A stretch of DNA of 64,000 bases from Mobula hypostoma. Lineage: Eukaryota. The notes beneath the pieces were generated by a model. It was not told the DNA's origin. It worked only from the letters and a program-made list of their open reading frames with translations, and did not search any database. This document shows, piece after piece, positions 51,290 through 63,400 of this stretch (its first letter is position 1; each line of letters begins with the position of its first letter). Position numbers and translations under genes: made by a program. The stretch lies in NCBI RefSeq assembly GCF_963921235.1, contig NC_086109.1:4218001-4282000 (forward strand), read 5' to 3'.

Positions 51290-54050
51290 ATTGTGGGAGT
51301 GTGGGAGATTTTAATTTTCCACACATAGACTGGGAAGCCCATACTGTAAAAGGGCTGGATGGTTTGGAGTTTGTAAAATGTGTGCAGGATAGTTTTTTGC
51401 AGCAATACATAGAGGTACCAACTAGAGAAGGGGCAGTGTTGGATCTCCTGTTAGGGAATGAGATAGCGCAGGTGACGGAGGTATGTGTTGGGGAGGATTT
51501 CAGGTCCAGTGATCACAATGCCATTAGTTTCAATATAATTATGGAGGAGGATAGGTCTGGACCCAGAGTTGAAATTTTTGATTGAAGAAAGGCTAACTTT
51601 GAGGAGATGCGAAAGGATTTAGAAGGAGTGTTAAAGGGCAAAAGTTTAGGGGTAACATGAGGGAGAACTTCTTTACTCAGAGAGTGGTAGCTGTGTGGAA
51701 TGAGCTTCCAGCAGAAGTGGTTGAGGCAGGTTCGATGTTGTCGTTTAAAGTTAAATTGGATAGATATATGGACAGGAAAGGATTGGCGGGTTATGGGCTG
51801 AGTGCAGGTCAGTGGGACTAGGTGAGAGTAAGAGTTCGGCACGGACTAGAAGGGCCGAGATGGCCTGTTTCCGTGCTGTAATTGTTATATGGTTATATGA
51901 GTGGATTGGGACAACTTGTTTTATGGGAAGGATGTAATAGAGAAATGAAGGTCATTTAAAGGTGAAATTTTGAGGGTACAGACTCTTTATGTTCCTGTTA
52001 GGTTGAAAGAAAATGTTAAAAGTATGAGAGTGCCATGGTTTTCAAGGGATATTGGAAACTTGGTTCGGAAAAAGAGAGAGATCTACAATAAATATAGGCA
52101 GCTTGGAGTAAATGAGGTGCTCGAGGAATGTAAAGAATGTATAAAGAATCTTAAGAAAGAAATTAGAAAGGCTAAAAGAAGATATGAGGTTGCTTTGGCA
52201 AGTAGGGTGAAAATAAATCCCAAGGGTTTCTACAGTTATATTAATAGCAAAAGGATAGTGAGGGATGAAATTGGTCCCTTAGAGAATCAGAGTGGACAGC
52301 TATGTGTGGAGCCAAAAGAAATGGGGGAGATTCTGAACAATTTCTTTTTTTCGGCATTCACTAAGGAGAAGGATATTGAATTGTGTAAGATAAGGGAAAC
52401 AGGTAGGGTAGTTATGGAAACTATGATGGTTAAAGAAGAGGAAGTACTGGCGCTTTTAAGAAAAATAAAAGTAGGTAAGACTCCGGGTCCTGACAGGATA
52501 TTCCCTAGGACCTTGAGGGAAGTTAGTGTGGAAATAGCAGGGGCTCTGACAGAAATATTTCAAATGTCATTAGAAAGGGGAATGGCACTGGAGGATTGGC
52601 ATATTGCTGATGTTGTTCCATTGTTTAAAAGGATTCTAAGAGTAAACCTAGCAATTATCGGCCTGTGAGTTTGACGTCAGTGGTGGGTAAATTGATGGAA
52701 AGTATTCTTAGAGATGGTATATATAATTATCTGGATAGACAGGGTCTGATTAGGAACAGTCAACATGGATTTGTGCATGGAAGGTCATGTTTGACAAATC
52801 TTATTGAATTTTTTGAAGAGGTTATTAGGAAAGTTGACGAGGGTAAAGCGGTGGATGTTGTCTATGTGGACTTCAGTAAGGCCTTTGACGTGGTTCCACA
52901 TGGAAGGTCAGTTAGGAAGATTCAATCGTTAGGTATTAATATTGAAGTAGTAAAATGGATTCAGCAGTGGCTGGATGGGAGACGCCAGAGAGTAGTGGTG
53001 GATAACTGTTTGGCAGATTGGAGGCTGGTGACTAGTGGTGTGCCTCAGAGATCTGTACTGGGTCCAATGTTGTTTGTCTATACATTAATGATCTGGATGA
53101 TGGGGTGTTAAATTAGATGAGTAATTATGCAGATGATACTAAGATAGGTGGAGTTGTGGGTAATGAAGTAGGTTTTCAAAGCTTGCAGAGAGATTTAGGC
53201 CAGTTAGAAGAGTGGGCTGAAAGATGGCAGATGGGGTTTAATGCTGATAAATGTGATGTGCTACATTTTGGTAGGACTAATCAAAAGAGGACATGCATGG
53301 TAAATGGTAGGACATTGAAGAATGCAGTAGAACAGAGGGATCTAGGAATAATGGTGCATAGTTCCGTGAAAGTGGAATCTCATGTGGATAGGGTGGTGAA
53401 GAAAGCTTTTGGTATGCTGGCCTTTATAAATCGGAGCACTGAGTATAGGAGTTGGGATGTAATGTTGAAATTATACAAGACACTGGTAAGGCCAAATTTG
53501 CAGTATTGTGTACAGTTCTGGTCACCGAATTATAGGAAAGATGTCAACAAAATAGAGAGAGTACAGAGAAGATTTACAAGAATGTTACCTGGGTTTCATC
53601 ACCTAAGTTACAGAGAAAGGTTGAACAAGTTGGGTCTTTATTCTTTGGAGTGTAGAAGGTTGAGGGGGGACTTGATCGAGGTATTTGAAATTATGAGGGG
53701 GATAGATAGAGTTGACGTGGATAGGCTTTTTCCATTGAGAGTAGGGGAGATTCAAACAAGAGGACATGAGTTGAGAGTTAAAGGGCAAAAGTTTAGGGGT
53801 AACATGAGGGGGAACTTCTTTACTCAGAGAATGGTGGCTGTGTGGAACGAACTTCCAGCAGAAGTGGTTGAGGCAGGTTCGATGTTGTCATTTAAAGTTA
53901 AATTGGATAGATATATGGACGGGAAAGGAATGGAGGATTATGGGCTGAGTGCAGGTCAGTGGGACTAGGTGAGAGTGAGAGTTCGGCACGGACTAGAAGG
54001 GCAGAGATGGCCTGTTTCAGTGCTGTAATTGTTATATGGTTATATGGTTA
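51290..54050 (+). mobile_element. CR1 LINE (same subfamily as 24897-28364), 5'-truncated in APE; ORF2 broken by stops, frameshifts and a nested insertion
   Basis: ORFs 51226-51585, 51970-52668, 52665-53111 and 53117-53968 give VGDFN, SDH, QHGF, DFSKAFD, YADDTKI and the CR1 C-terminus. The tail is GTTATATG repeats. Confidence 0.95.
51631..51898 (+). mobile_element. 268-bp 3' end of the same CR1 subfamily inserted into its own ORF2
   Basis: Near-identical to ~53778-54045 and flanked by direct repeat GAGTG (51626-51630, 51899-51903). The uninterrupted site is visible in the other copy at ~27005-27030. Confidence 0.9.
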
Positions 54051-55812
54051 CATGAAAGCCTTACAGCATCGGAGATATCCTGATTTCAATCAGGGTTCAA
54101 TACCCGCTGCTGACTGTAAGGCGTTTGTACATTCTCTCTGTGTCCTTTGGGTCCTCTGGTTTTTTCCCACATTCCAAAGATGTACAAGTTAGGGTTGGTA
54201 AGTTGTGAACAACACAGCAGCACTTGTGGTTAGCCTCCAGACATCCTCAGATTGTGCTGATCATTGATGCAAATGATGCATTTCACTCTACATTTCGATG
54301 TACATGTGACAAATAAAACCAACCTTTAACCTTTAGATGGGTGGCAAGGTGGAAATATGTCTCCACCAAAGGCGATGTGAGGTGCTCCTTCCCTCCGCTA
54401 GCCTGCAGGTCACCCTCGGGCAAGGTGTAGCACCTGCTTAGCCCCCGATCAGGGTCACGTGAAGCCATGGGAGCAGGTGGTGGATGGTCGTACGAGCAGC
54501 TGGTACAGATCACAAGTCCTGGTTATGTGACCACTGACGCCAGGCAGTCAATCTCTGAAGAGTATTGATAATGGCTGGGGTCACCCGTCTTGTAAAGACA
54601 CTGCCCAGAAGAAGGAGAATGGCAAACCACTTGTGTAGAAAAATTTGTCAACAGCAATCATGGTCATGACCAGAGGAGAGGTTGACTGTAGATGTACAAG
54701 GAGAACCTTTCACCTGTTCACTAACATAGGACAGGTAAGACACCCGATGGTCTCCTGGGCAAGGTGAGTTCAAAGGGGGTTTGAGAAGGGGTTGGGACAA
54801 GAAGGGAAGGGATGAACGAGTTTGGATCCCTGAATAATCGGTTTGAATTTGAACCAGAAATAAAGAACGAGAGAAGTTCATTTCCAGCCTCAGTATTTTG
54901 TTCCTTGAATCAGGACCAGTCTTCTGGGAAACATTTCACTTTGGTTCTGGCTCAGAGGGTAGATACAATCAGTTGAACAGAGCCCACTGCAGTCCCCTGA
55001 CCAACTGGGTTGTAGGATGTGGCTTCTGCATTGGTCCTTGCCAGGATTATTATATATGAAGCCTTCAGTACCTTGTCACCAGACCATACAATGGGAGCAG
55101 GTCCCGCCTTCCCGTTGCCCATTCTCTCTTCCCACTGGGAGAACACAGTGCCTGAAGTGGAGGCAGAGACTCACTACATTCCCCCAGGATCCAGAGAAGC
55201 ACTCGGTCAATGAGGCAAAGAAGGCTACGGTCCAAGTGCTGGTAAAGGGGATTAGTGTGACAGGAGACACGCTGGATAGTACAGACACGATGGGCCAAAG
55301 GGCCTAGCTCCGTGCTGTATGAAGCTCTGAAGGTGTAAAACAGGAACAGGCCCTTCAGCCCTCAATGTTACGCCAAACTAATTAAATTAGTAATCAAATG
55401 TCCAACTAAACTCATCCCTTTTGCCTATATCAATTCATGGGCTTGTCTTGAATGCCTCTATCATATCTGCTTCCACCACATTCCAGGCACCCACCACTCT
55501 CTGTGTAGAAAGTCTTGCCCCACACATCTCCCTTGATTTAACCCCTCTCACCTTCAGAACATGCCCTGTGGTTTAGACATAAGTGTATACTACCAATATG
55601 GAGGAACTCAGCAGGTCAGGGAGCAACTATGGGAAGGGATAAAGAGTCAACGTTTCGGGCTGGGAGCCTTCACCAGGATTGTCTCGCTGAATGGCAGCAA
55701 GAGATCCTGAAGGTACAAAGCTTTCTAATTCGAACTGTCAGCTCTCTCTCCCCTCAGGATCCCGAAGAGGAGGCTTCAGCTCACCTCCGAACCTACTGGG
55801 AGGATGGATTTT

Positions 55813-55892
55813 CTTCAGGAAGCTGGTTTCACATGGTGTCTTAGATTGAACATCCTGACTCTAGCACCATCTGAAATCAGTGTTCTAGGAGG
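55813..55892 (+). ncRNA. mir-29b: pre-miRNA, miR-29b type (mature 3p 55862-55884 UAGCACCAUCUGAAAUCAGUGUU; 5p arm ~55822-55845)
   Basis: Contains the miR-29 seed AGCACCA and the miR-29b 3' end AGUGUU. The 5p arm GCUGGUUUCACAUGGUGUCUUAGA pairs with the 3p arm, and the flanks CUUCAGGAAG...UUCUAGGAG resemble vertebrate mir-29b precursors. A CNNC motif (CAAC 55901-55904) lies 17 nt after the 3p end. Confidence 0.96.
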
Positions 55893-56408
55893 GATAACAG
55901 CAACAATGCGGACTACCTCAGAGGCGAAGGGCACTCACGGAGAGCCAGACCATTTGTTGGGATGTTTTTCTATTGCATTCGTCACTCTCTGAAACCCCTG
56001 CCCAGTCCCGCCCTGGCCAAACATACAGGGGTTCCTTGTCAGCCGATCGGATATCCAACATCTCCCTATCCCTGTGGTCCTGCCGTATTCCCCTTCCCCA
56101 CCACGGTTCCCGGACATTTACTTTTTATTTGATCTTTGAGTCGTGACACCCAGCAACCCATCAATTTAACCCCAGTCTAATCACGGAACAATTTTCAGTG
56201 ACCAATTAACCCACCAACTGGTCATTCTTTGCACCTAGAGGAAACTCTCGTGTTCACGAGGAGGAAGTACAAATTCCTTACAGTGGATGTGAGAATTGAA
56301 CTCCGAACAATGACCCCCTGTAATAGTGTTGCGATAACCAATACACCACCATTCCTCTGCCTTCAGTCAGCCCCATTCTGAATGGGGATGCGGTGGAAGA
56401 AACTGGAA

Positions 56409-56545
56409 CCCTCTCAGTGTGAGGGGATATCTGCCCCTGACCAGCCCTGACACCCTCTCAGTGTGAGGGGATATCTGCCCTGACCGGCCCTGACACCCTC
56501 TCGGTGTGAGGGTATATCTGCCTCCGAACAACCCTGAAACACTCT
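56409..56545. repeat. 43-44 bp tandem triplet in the inter-miRNA spacer
   Basis: Units start at 56409, 56453 and 56496: CCCTCTCAGTGTGAGGGGATATCTGCCCCTGACCAGCCCTGACA. Confidence 0.85.
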
Positions 56546-57268
56546 TCTCCTCTCAGGTGGAGCTCTCTCCAAGTTCGCTGCCGGAGGAGTCCCACTCAAA
56601 GCCAGGAGACAGTTGTTCGAGGTGTTGGTGTACCCGTTGTATGGTCGGATATCTTCTGAAGGTCAAACCCAAATCCCAGGCACGACGTGAAGCCAGAGCC
56701 AGACAGACAAAACCCTGAGCCAATCCCAAGAGTCCGCGCTGGTGATGGGGGCAGGGGAGGAGCCTGGTCTCACCTGATGCCTGAGGGTGGTGTGAAGGTC
56801 TGGAGTGGGGGTGGGCATGGTAGAATTCGACCAAAGTGGGACAGTGGGGTGACGTGGGCTGTGTACAGTGTGAGCAGAGGCTCGGTGGCCGAGGGTGACC
56901 TGGTCACAGGCTCCCATCACCCACAGTAGAGTCAGGGACAGGGCTCAAATCCCTCCCCATCCCCAGAGTGGTATCTACTCCTGAGCCAATGCTTCCCCAC
57001 AGGGCAGATGTAATCCCTGTTCTCCAGGGGTTTGGCTGGACAGCCAGAGAGCAGGGGGTCCCTGTGACAGGGTGTGGTGATGGGACATGCACCAGGACAA
57101 TTCCTATCTGCTCTGATTCTGTCCAAATGTGCCTGAGAGGGAACCAGGACAGTTGATTTTACGTGTTGCCTGCATGTCACTGGTAATTATATATTCCTGT
57201 GCACGTGTGATCTGTGCCTGTGGAGGTTTCTGTCAAGCCCGAGTCCCGAGTGATCTGTGGTGACTCTG

Positions 57269-57357
57269 CTTCCCTCCCACGCTGACCGATTTCTTCTGGT
57301 GTGCAGAGTCTCGCCTGGTGTCTAGCACCATCTGAAATCGGTTACCGTGCAGGGGGA
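57269..57357 (+). ncRNA. mir-29: pre-miRNA, miR-29a/c type (mature 3p 57323-57344 UAGCACCAUCUGAAAUCGGUUA; 5p arm ~57283-57306)
   Basis: The 3p arm is identical to vertebrate miR-29a-3p as recalled. The 5p arm UGACCGAUUUCUUCUGGUGUGCAG and the 3' flank AGGGGGA resemble mir-29c. The arms are complementary, a CNNC (CGGC 57362-57365) follows, and the order (29b first, then 29a/c) is the canonical cluster order. Confidence 0.96.
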
Positions 57358-57404
57358 TGGACGGCAGTTACAGCATCACAGGAAGTGCTTAGTTGAAGTA
57401 GTAA

Positions 57405-60400
57405 ACCCCCACTCAATGTACAGTAGGAGCAGAGACCCCCTCTCACCTCGTGCATTTGGAGCCAAGACCCCCATCACTGAGTACAGTCAGAGCAGAGACC
57501 CCCATCACTGAGTACAGTCAGAGTAGAGACACTCGTCACTCAGTACAGTCAGAGCAGAGACCCCCATCACTGAGTACAGTCGGAGCAGAGACCCAAATCA
57601 CTGCGTACAGTTGGAGCAGAGACCCCATCATTGAGTACAGTCGGAGCAGAGACACCCGTCACAGTACAGCCGTATCAGAGACCCCCGTCACTGAGTACAG
57701 TCGTATCAGAGACCCCCTCCACCGGGTACAGTCGGAGCAGAGACCCCGTCACTGGGTGCAATTGGAGCAGAGACCCCCATCATTGGGTACAGTCAGATCA
57801 GAGAACCCTGTCACCGGGTGTAGTCGGAACAGAGACCCCGTCACCGGCTGCAGTCGGAGCAGAGACCCCGTCACTGGATGCAATCGGATCAGAGACCCCC
57901 GTCACCGGGTACAGTCAGAGCAGAGACCCCGTCACCAGGTGCAGTCAGATCAGAGACCCCGTCACTGGGTAGAGTTGGAGCAGAGACACCTGTCACCAAG
58001 TGCAAATTGAGCAGAGACCCCCATCACCCGGTACAGTCGGAGCAGAGACCCCGTAAACGGGTACGGTCAGATCAGAGACCCCCATCACTGAGTACAGTCA
58101 GAGCAGAGACCCCCATCACTGAGTACAGTCAGAGCAGAGACCCCCGTCTGAGTACAGTCAGAGCAGAGACCCCTATCACCGGGTGCAGTCAGATCAGAGG
58201 CCGCATCACTGGGTACAGTCAGATCAGAGACCCCTGTCACTGGGTGCAGTCGGATCAGAGACCCCATCACTGGGTGCAATCGGAGCAGAGACCCCCATCA
58301 TCGGGTACAATCTGACCAGAGACCCCGTCACTGGGTAGAGTTGGAGCAGAGACACCTGTCACCAGATGCAATTTGAGCAGAGACCCCTGTCACCCCATAC
58401 AGTCGGAGCAGAAACCCTGTAAACGGGTGCAGTCGGATCAGAGACCCCGTCACCCGGTACAGTCGGAGCAGACACCCTGTCACCGGGTGCAACTTGAGCA
58501 GAGACCCCTTCACTGAGTGCAGTCAGAGTAGAGACTCCCGTCACTACAATCAGAGCAGAAACCATGTCACTGGGTACAATCGAATCAGAGATCCTGTCAC
58601 CGGATACAATCAGTGCAGAGACCCCGTCACTGGGTACAATCAGTGCAGAGACCCCATCACCAGGTGCAGTCGGAGCAGTGACCCTGTCACCGGGTGCAGT
58701 CAGATCAGAGACCCCCATCACCGGATTCAGTCGGATCAGAGAACCCCATTACTGGTTGTAGTCAAAGCAGAGACACCCGTCACCAGATGCAATTGGAGCA
58801 GAGACCCCCATCATCGGGTACAATCGAACCAGAGACCCCGTCACTGGATACAGTTGGAGCAGAGACACCATCACCAGGTACAATCAGATCAGAGACCCCA
58901 TCACCAGGTGCAGTTGGAGCAGTGACCCTGTCACCGGGTGCAGTCAGATCAGAGACCCCCATCACCAGGTGAAGTGGGATCAGAGGCCCTGTCACCCGGT
59001 ACAGTTGGAGCAGACACCCTGTCACCGGGTACAGTCAGATCAGAGACCCCCATCATCGGGTACAATCGGACCAGAGACCCCATCACCAGGTACTTTTGGA
59101 GCAGAGACACCATCACCAGGTGCAATCGGAGCAGAGACCCCCATCATCAGGTACAATCGGAGCAGAGACCCCGTCACCGGGTACTTTTGGAGCAGAGACA
59201 CCGTCACCAGGTGCAGTCGCATCAGAGACCTCGTCACCCGGTGCAGTTGAATCAGAGGCCCTGTGACCGGTAAAGTTGGAGCAGAGACACCGTCACCAGG
59301 TACAGTCAGATCAGAGACCCCGTCACCAGGTGCAGTCAGATCAGAGACCCCGTCACCGGGTGCAGTCGAATCAGAGACCCCGTCACCCGGTGCAGTCGAA
59401 TCAGAGTCCCTCTTACCAGGTACAGTTGGAGCAGAGACACCGTCATCGGGTGCAGTCTGATCAGAGACCCTGTGACCGGGTACAGTTGGAGCAGAGACAC
59501 CATCGCCGGGTGCAGTCGAATCAGAGACCCTGTGACCGGGTACAGTCAAATCAGAGACCCCATCACCGGGTGCAGTCGGATCAGAGACCCCGTCACGTGG
59601 TGCAGTGGGATCACAGAACCCCATCACTGGGTGCAGTTGGAGCAGAGACCCCCATCATCAGGTACAATCGGACCAGAGACCCTGTCACCGGGTACAATTG
59701 GAGCAGAGACACCGTCGCCAGGTACAATCGGATCATAGAGCTCGTCACCAGGTGCAGTCGGATCAGAGACCCCCTCACCAGGTGCAGTCGGAGCAGAGAC
59801 CCCCGTCACCGGGTGCAGTCAGATCGGAGACCCCGTCTCCGGGTGCATTCGGATCAGAGATCCCCATCATCGGGTACAGTCAGATCAGAGACACCCATCA
59901 CCGGGTACGGTCGGTGCAGAGACCCCGTCACCAGGTGCAGTCGGATCAGAGACCCCGTCACCGGGTGCAGTCGAATAAGAGACCCTGTGACTGGGTACAG
60001 TCGAAGCAGAGACACCTTCACCGGGTACAGTCAGAGCAGAGACCCCATCACCGGATGCAGTCCGGTCAGAGACCCCGTCACCGGGTGCAGTCGAATCAGA
60101 GACCCCATCACCGGGTGCAGTTGAATCAGAGACCCTGTGACCAGGTACAGTTGGAGCAGAGATACCGTCACCAGGTGCAGTTGGATCAGAGACCCTGTGA
60201 CCAGGTACAGTTGGAGCAGAGACACCGTCAACGGGTGCAGTCAGATCAGAGACCCCCATCATCGGGTACAATCGGACCAGAGACCCTGTCACCGGGTACA
60301 ATTGGAGCAGAGACACCATCGCCAGGTACAATCGGATCACAGACCCCATCACCAGGTGCAGTCGGAGCAGAGACCCCGTCACCGTGTGCAGTCGAATCAG

Positions 60401-63400
60401 AGACCCCGTCACTGGGTGCAGTCGAATCAGAGTCCCTCTTACCAGGTACAGTTGGAGCAGAGACACCGTCATCAGGTGCAGTCTGATCAGAGACCCTGTG
60501 ACCGGGTACAGTTGGAGCAGAGACACCATCGCCGGGTGCAGTCGAATCAGAGACCCTGTGACCGGGTACAGTCAGATCAGAGACCCCGTCACTGGGTGCA
60601 GTCGGATCAGAGACCCCATCACGGGGTGCAGTGGGATCACAGAACCCCATCACTGGGTGCAGTCGGAGCAGAGACCCCCATCATCAGGTACAATCGGACC
60701 AGAGACCCTGTCACCGGGTACAATTGTAGCAGAGACACCGTCGCCAGGTACAATCGGATCATAGAGCTCGTCACCAGGTGCAGTCAGATCAGAGACCCCC
60801 TCACCAGGTGCAGTCGGAGCAGAGACCCTGTCACCGGGTGCAATCTGTTCAGAGACCGTGTCACTAGGTACAGTCTGATCAGAGACACCGTCACCAGGTA
60901 CAGTCGGATCAGAGACCCCCGTCACCGGGTGCAGTCGGATCGGAGACCCCGTCTCCGGGTGCATTCGGATCAGAGATCCCCATCATCGGGTACAGTCAGA
61001 TCAGAGACACCCATCACCAGGTACGCTCGGTGCAGAGACCCCGTCACCAGGTGCAGTCGGATCAGAGACCCCGTCACCGGTTGCAGTCGAATAAGAGACC
61101 CTGTGACTGGGTACAGTCGAAGCAGAGACACCTTCACCGGGTACAGTCAGAGCAGAGACCCCATCGCCGGATGCAGTCCGGTTAGAGACCCCGTCACCGG
61201 GTGCAGTCGAATCAGAGACCCCATCACCAGGTGCAGTCGGATCAGAGACCCTGTGACCGGGTACAGTTGGAGCAGAGACACCGTCAATGGGTGCAGTCAG
61301 ATCAGAGAACCCGATCACTGGGTGCAGTCGGAGCAGAGACCCCCATCATCGGGTACAATCAGACCAGAGACCCTGTCACCGGGTACAATTGGAGCAGAGA
61401 CACCATCGCCAGGTACAATCAGATCACAGACCCCGTCACCAGGTACAGTCGGATCAGAGACTCCCGTTACCGGGTGCAATCGGATCAGAGATCCCCATCA
61501 TCGGGTACAGTCAGATCAGAGACCCCCATCACCGGGTTCGGTCGGTGCAGAGACCCCGTTACCAGGTGCAGTCGGATCAGAGACCCCGTCACCGGGTGCA
61601 GTAGAATAAGAGACCCAGTGACTGTACAGTCGAAGCAGAGACACCTTCACCTGGTACAGTCAGATCAGAGACCCCGTCACCGGGTGCAGTCGGATCAGAG
61701 ACCCCGTCACCCGGTGCAGTCGAATCAGAGACCCTGTGACCGGGTACAGTTGGAGCAGAGACACTGTCACCTGGTACAGTCAGATCAGAGACCCCGTCAC
61801 CGGGTGCAGTAAGAACAGAGACCCCGTCACTGGGTGCAGTCGGAGCACAGACCCCGTCAGCGGGTACAATCGTATCAGAGACCCCATCACCGGGTTCAGT
61901 CAGATCAGAGACTCTGTCATCAGGTGCAGTCAGACTAGAGACCTCATCATCAGCTGCAGTTGGAGCAGAGACCCTGTCACCGTGTGCAATCTGATCAGAG
62001 ACCGTGTCACTAGGTACAATCTGATCAGAGACCGTTTCACTAGGTACAGTCTGATCAGAGACACCGTCACCAGGTACAGTCGGATCAGAGACCCCCGTCA
62101 CCGGGTGCAGTCGGATCAGAGACCCCCATCATCGGGTACAGTTAGATCAGAGACCCCGTCACCAGGTGCAGTCAGATCAGAGACCCCATCACCAGGTGCA
62201 GTCGGAGCAGAGACCCCGTCACCGGGTGCAGTAGAATAAGAGACCCAGTGACTGGGTACAGTCGAAGCAGAGACACCTTCACCGTGTACAGTCAGATCAG
62301 AGACCCCGTCAGCGGGTGCAGTCGGATCAGAGACCCCGTCACCGGGTGCAGTCGAATCAGAGACCCCATCACCGGGTGCAGTCGAATCAGAGACCCTGTG
62401 ACCGGGTACAGTTGGAGAAGAGACACTGTCACCAGGTGCAGTCGGATCAGAGACCCTGTGACCGGGTACAGTTGGAGCAGAGACACCGTCACCGGGTGCA
62501 GTCGAATCAGAGACCCTGTGACCAGATACAGTCAGATCAGAGACGTGCAGTTGGATCAGAGACACCGTCACCGGGTGCAGTCGGATCAGAGACCCCCATC
62601 ACCGGGTACGGTCCGATCAGAGACACCGTCATCAGGTGTAGTCAGACCAGAGACCCCGTCACCGGGTGCAGTCGGATCAGAGACCCCCATCACCAACTGC
62701 AATTTGAGCAGAGACCCCGTCCCCAGGTGCCGTCGGAGCAGTGACCCTGTCACCAGGTGCAATCAGATCAGAGACCTCGTCACTAGGTGCAGTCGGATCA
62801 GAGACCCCCGTCACCGGGTGCAGTCGGATTAGAGACCCCGTCACTGGGTGCAGTCGAATCAGAGACCCTGTGACCAGGTACAGTCAAATCAGATAACCCG
62901 TCACCGGGTGCAATCCAATCAGAGATCCCGTCACCGGGTGCAATTGGATCAGAGACCTTGTCACGGGGTGCAATCGGAGCACAGACCCCCATCATCGGGT
63001 ACAATCTGACCAGAGACCCCGTCATCAGGTGCAGTGGAGCAGAAACCCCGTCACCGGGTACAGTCAGATCAGAGATCCCGTCACTGGGTGCAATCGGAGC
63101 AGAAACTCCCATCATCAGTTAGAATCGGACCAGAGACCCCGTCACCAGGTGCAGTCGAATCAGAGACCCTGTGACCGGATACAGTCAGATCAGAGACCCC
63201 GTCCCCAGGTGCCGTCGGAGCAATGACCCTGTCACCAGGTGCAATCAGATCAGAGACCTTGTCACTAGGTGCAGTCGGATCAGAGACCCCCGTCACCAGT
63301 TGTTGTTGGATAAGAGACCCCATCACCAGGTGCAGTCGGATCAGAGACCCCGTCACCAGGTGCAGTCGGAGCACAGACCCCGTCACCAGGTACAATCGTA

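Noticed and set aside
51970..53968. Functional reverse transcriptase gene
   Set aside because: Multiple stops and frameshifts, 5' truncation and a nested insertion make this a dead CR1 copy.
54338..54450. HDV-like ribozyme in the RTE-related element
   Set aside because: I could identify a P1-like helix but not P3/L3, P1.1 or the catalytic J4/2 strand.
56553..56834. 93-aa antisense ORF between the miRNAs
   Set aside because: No recognisable domain or splice support; consistent with a chance ORF in GC-rich sequence.
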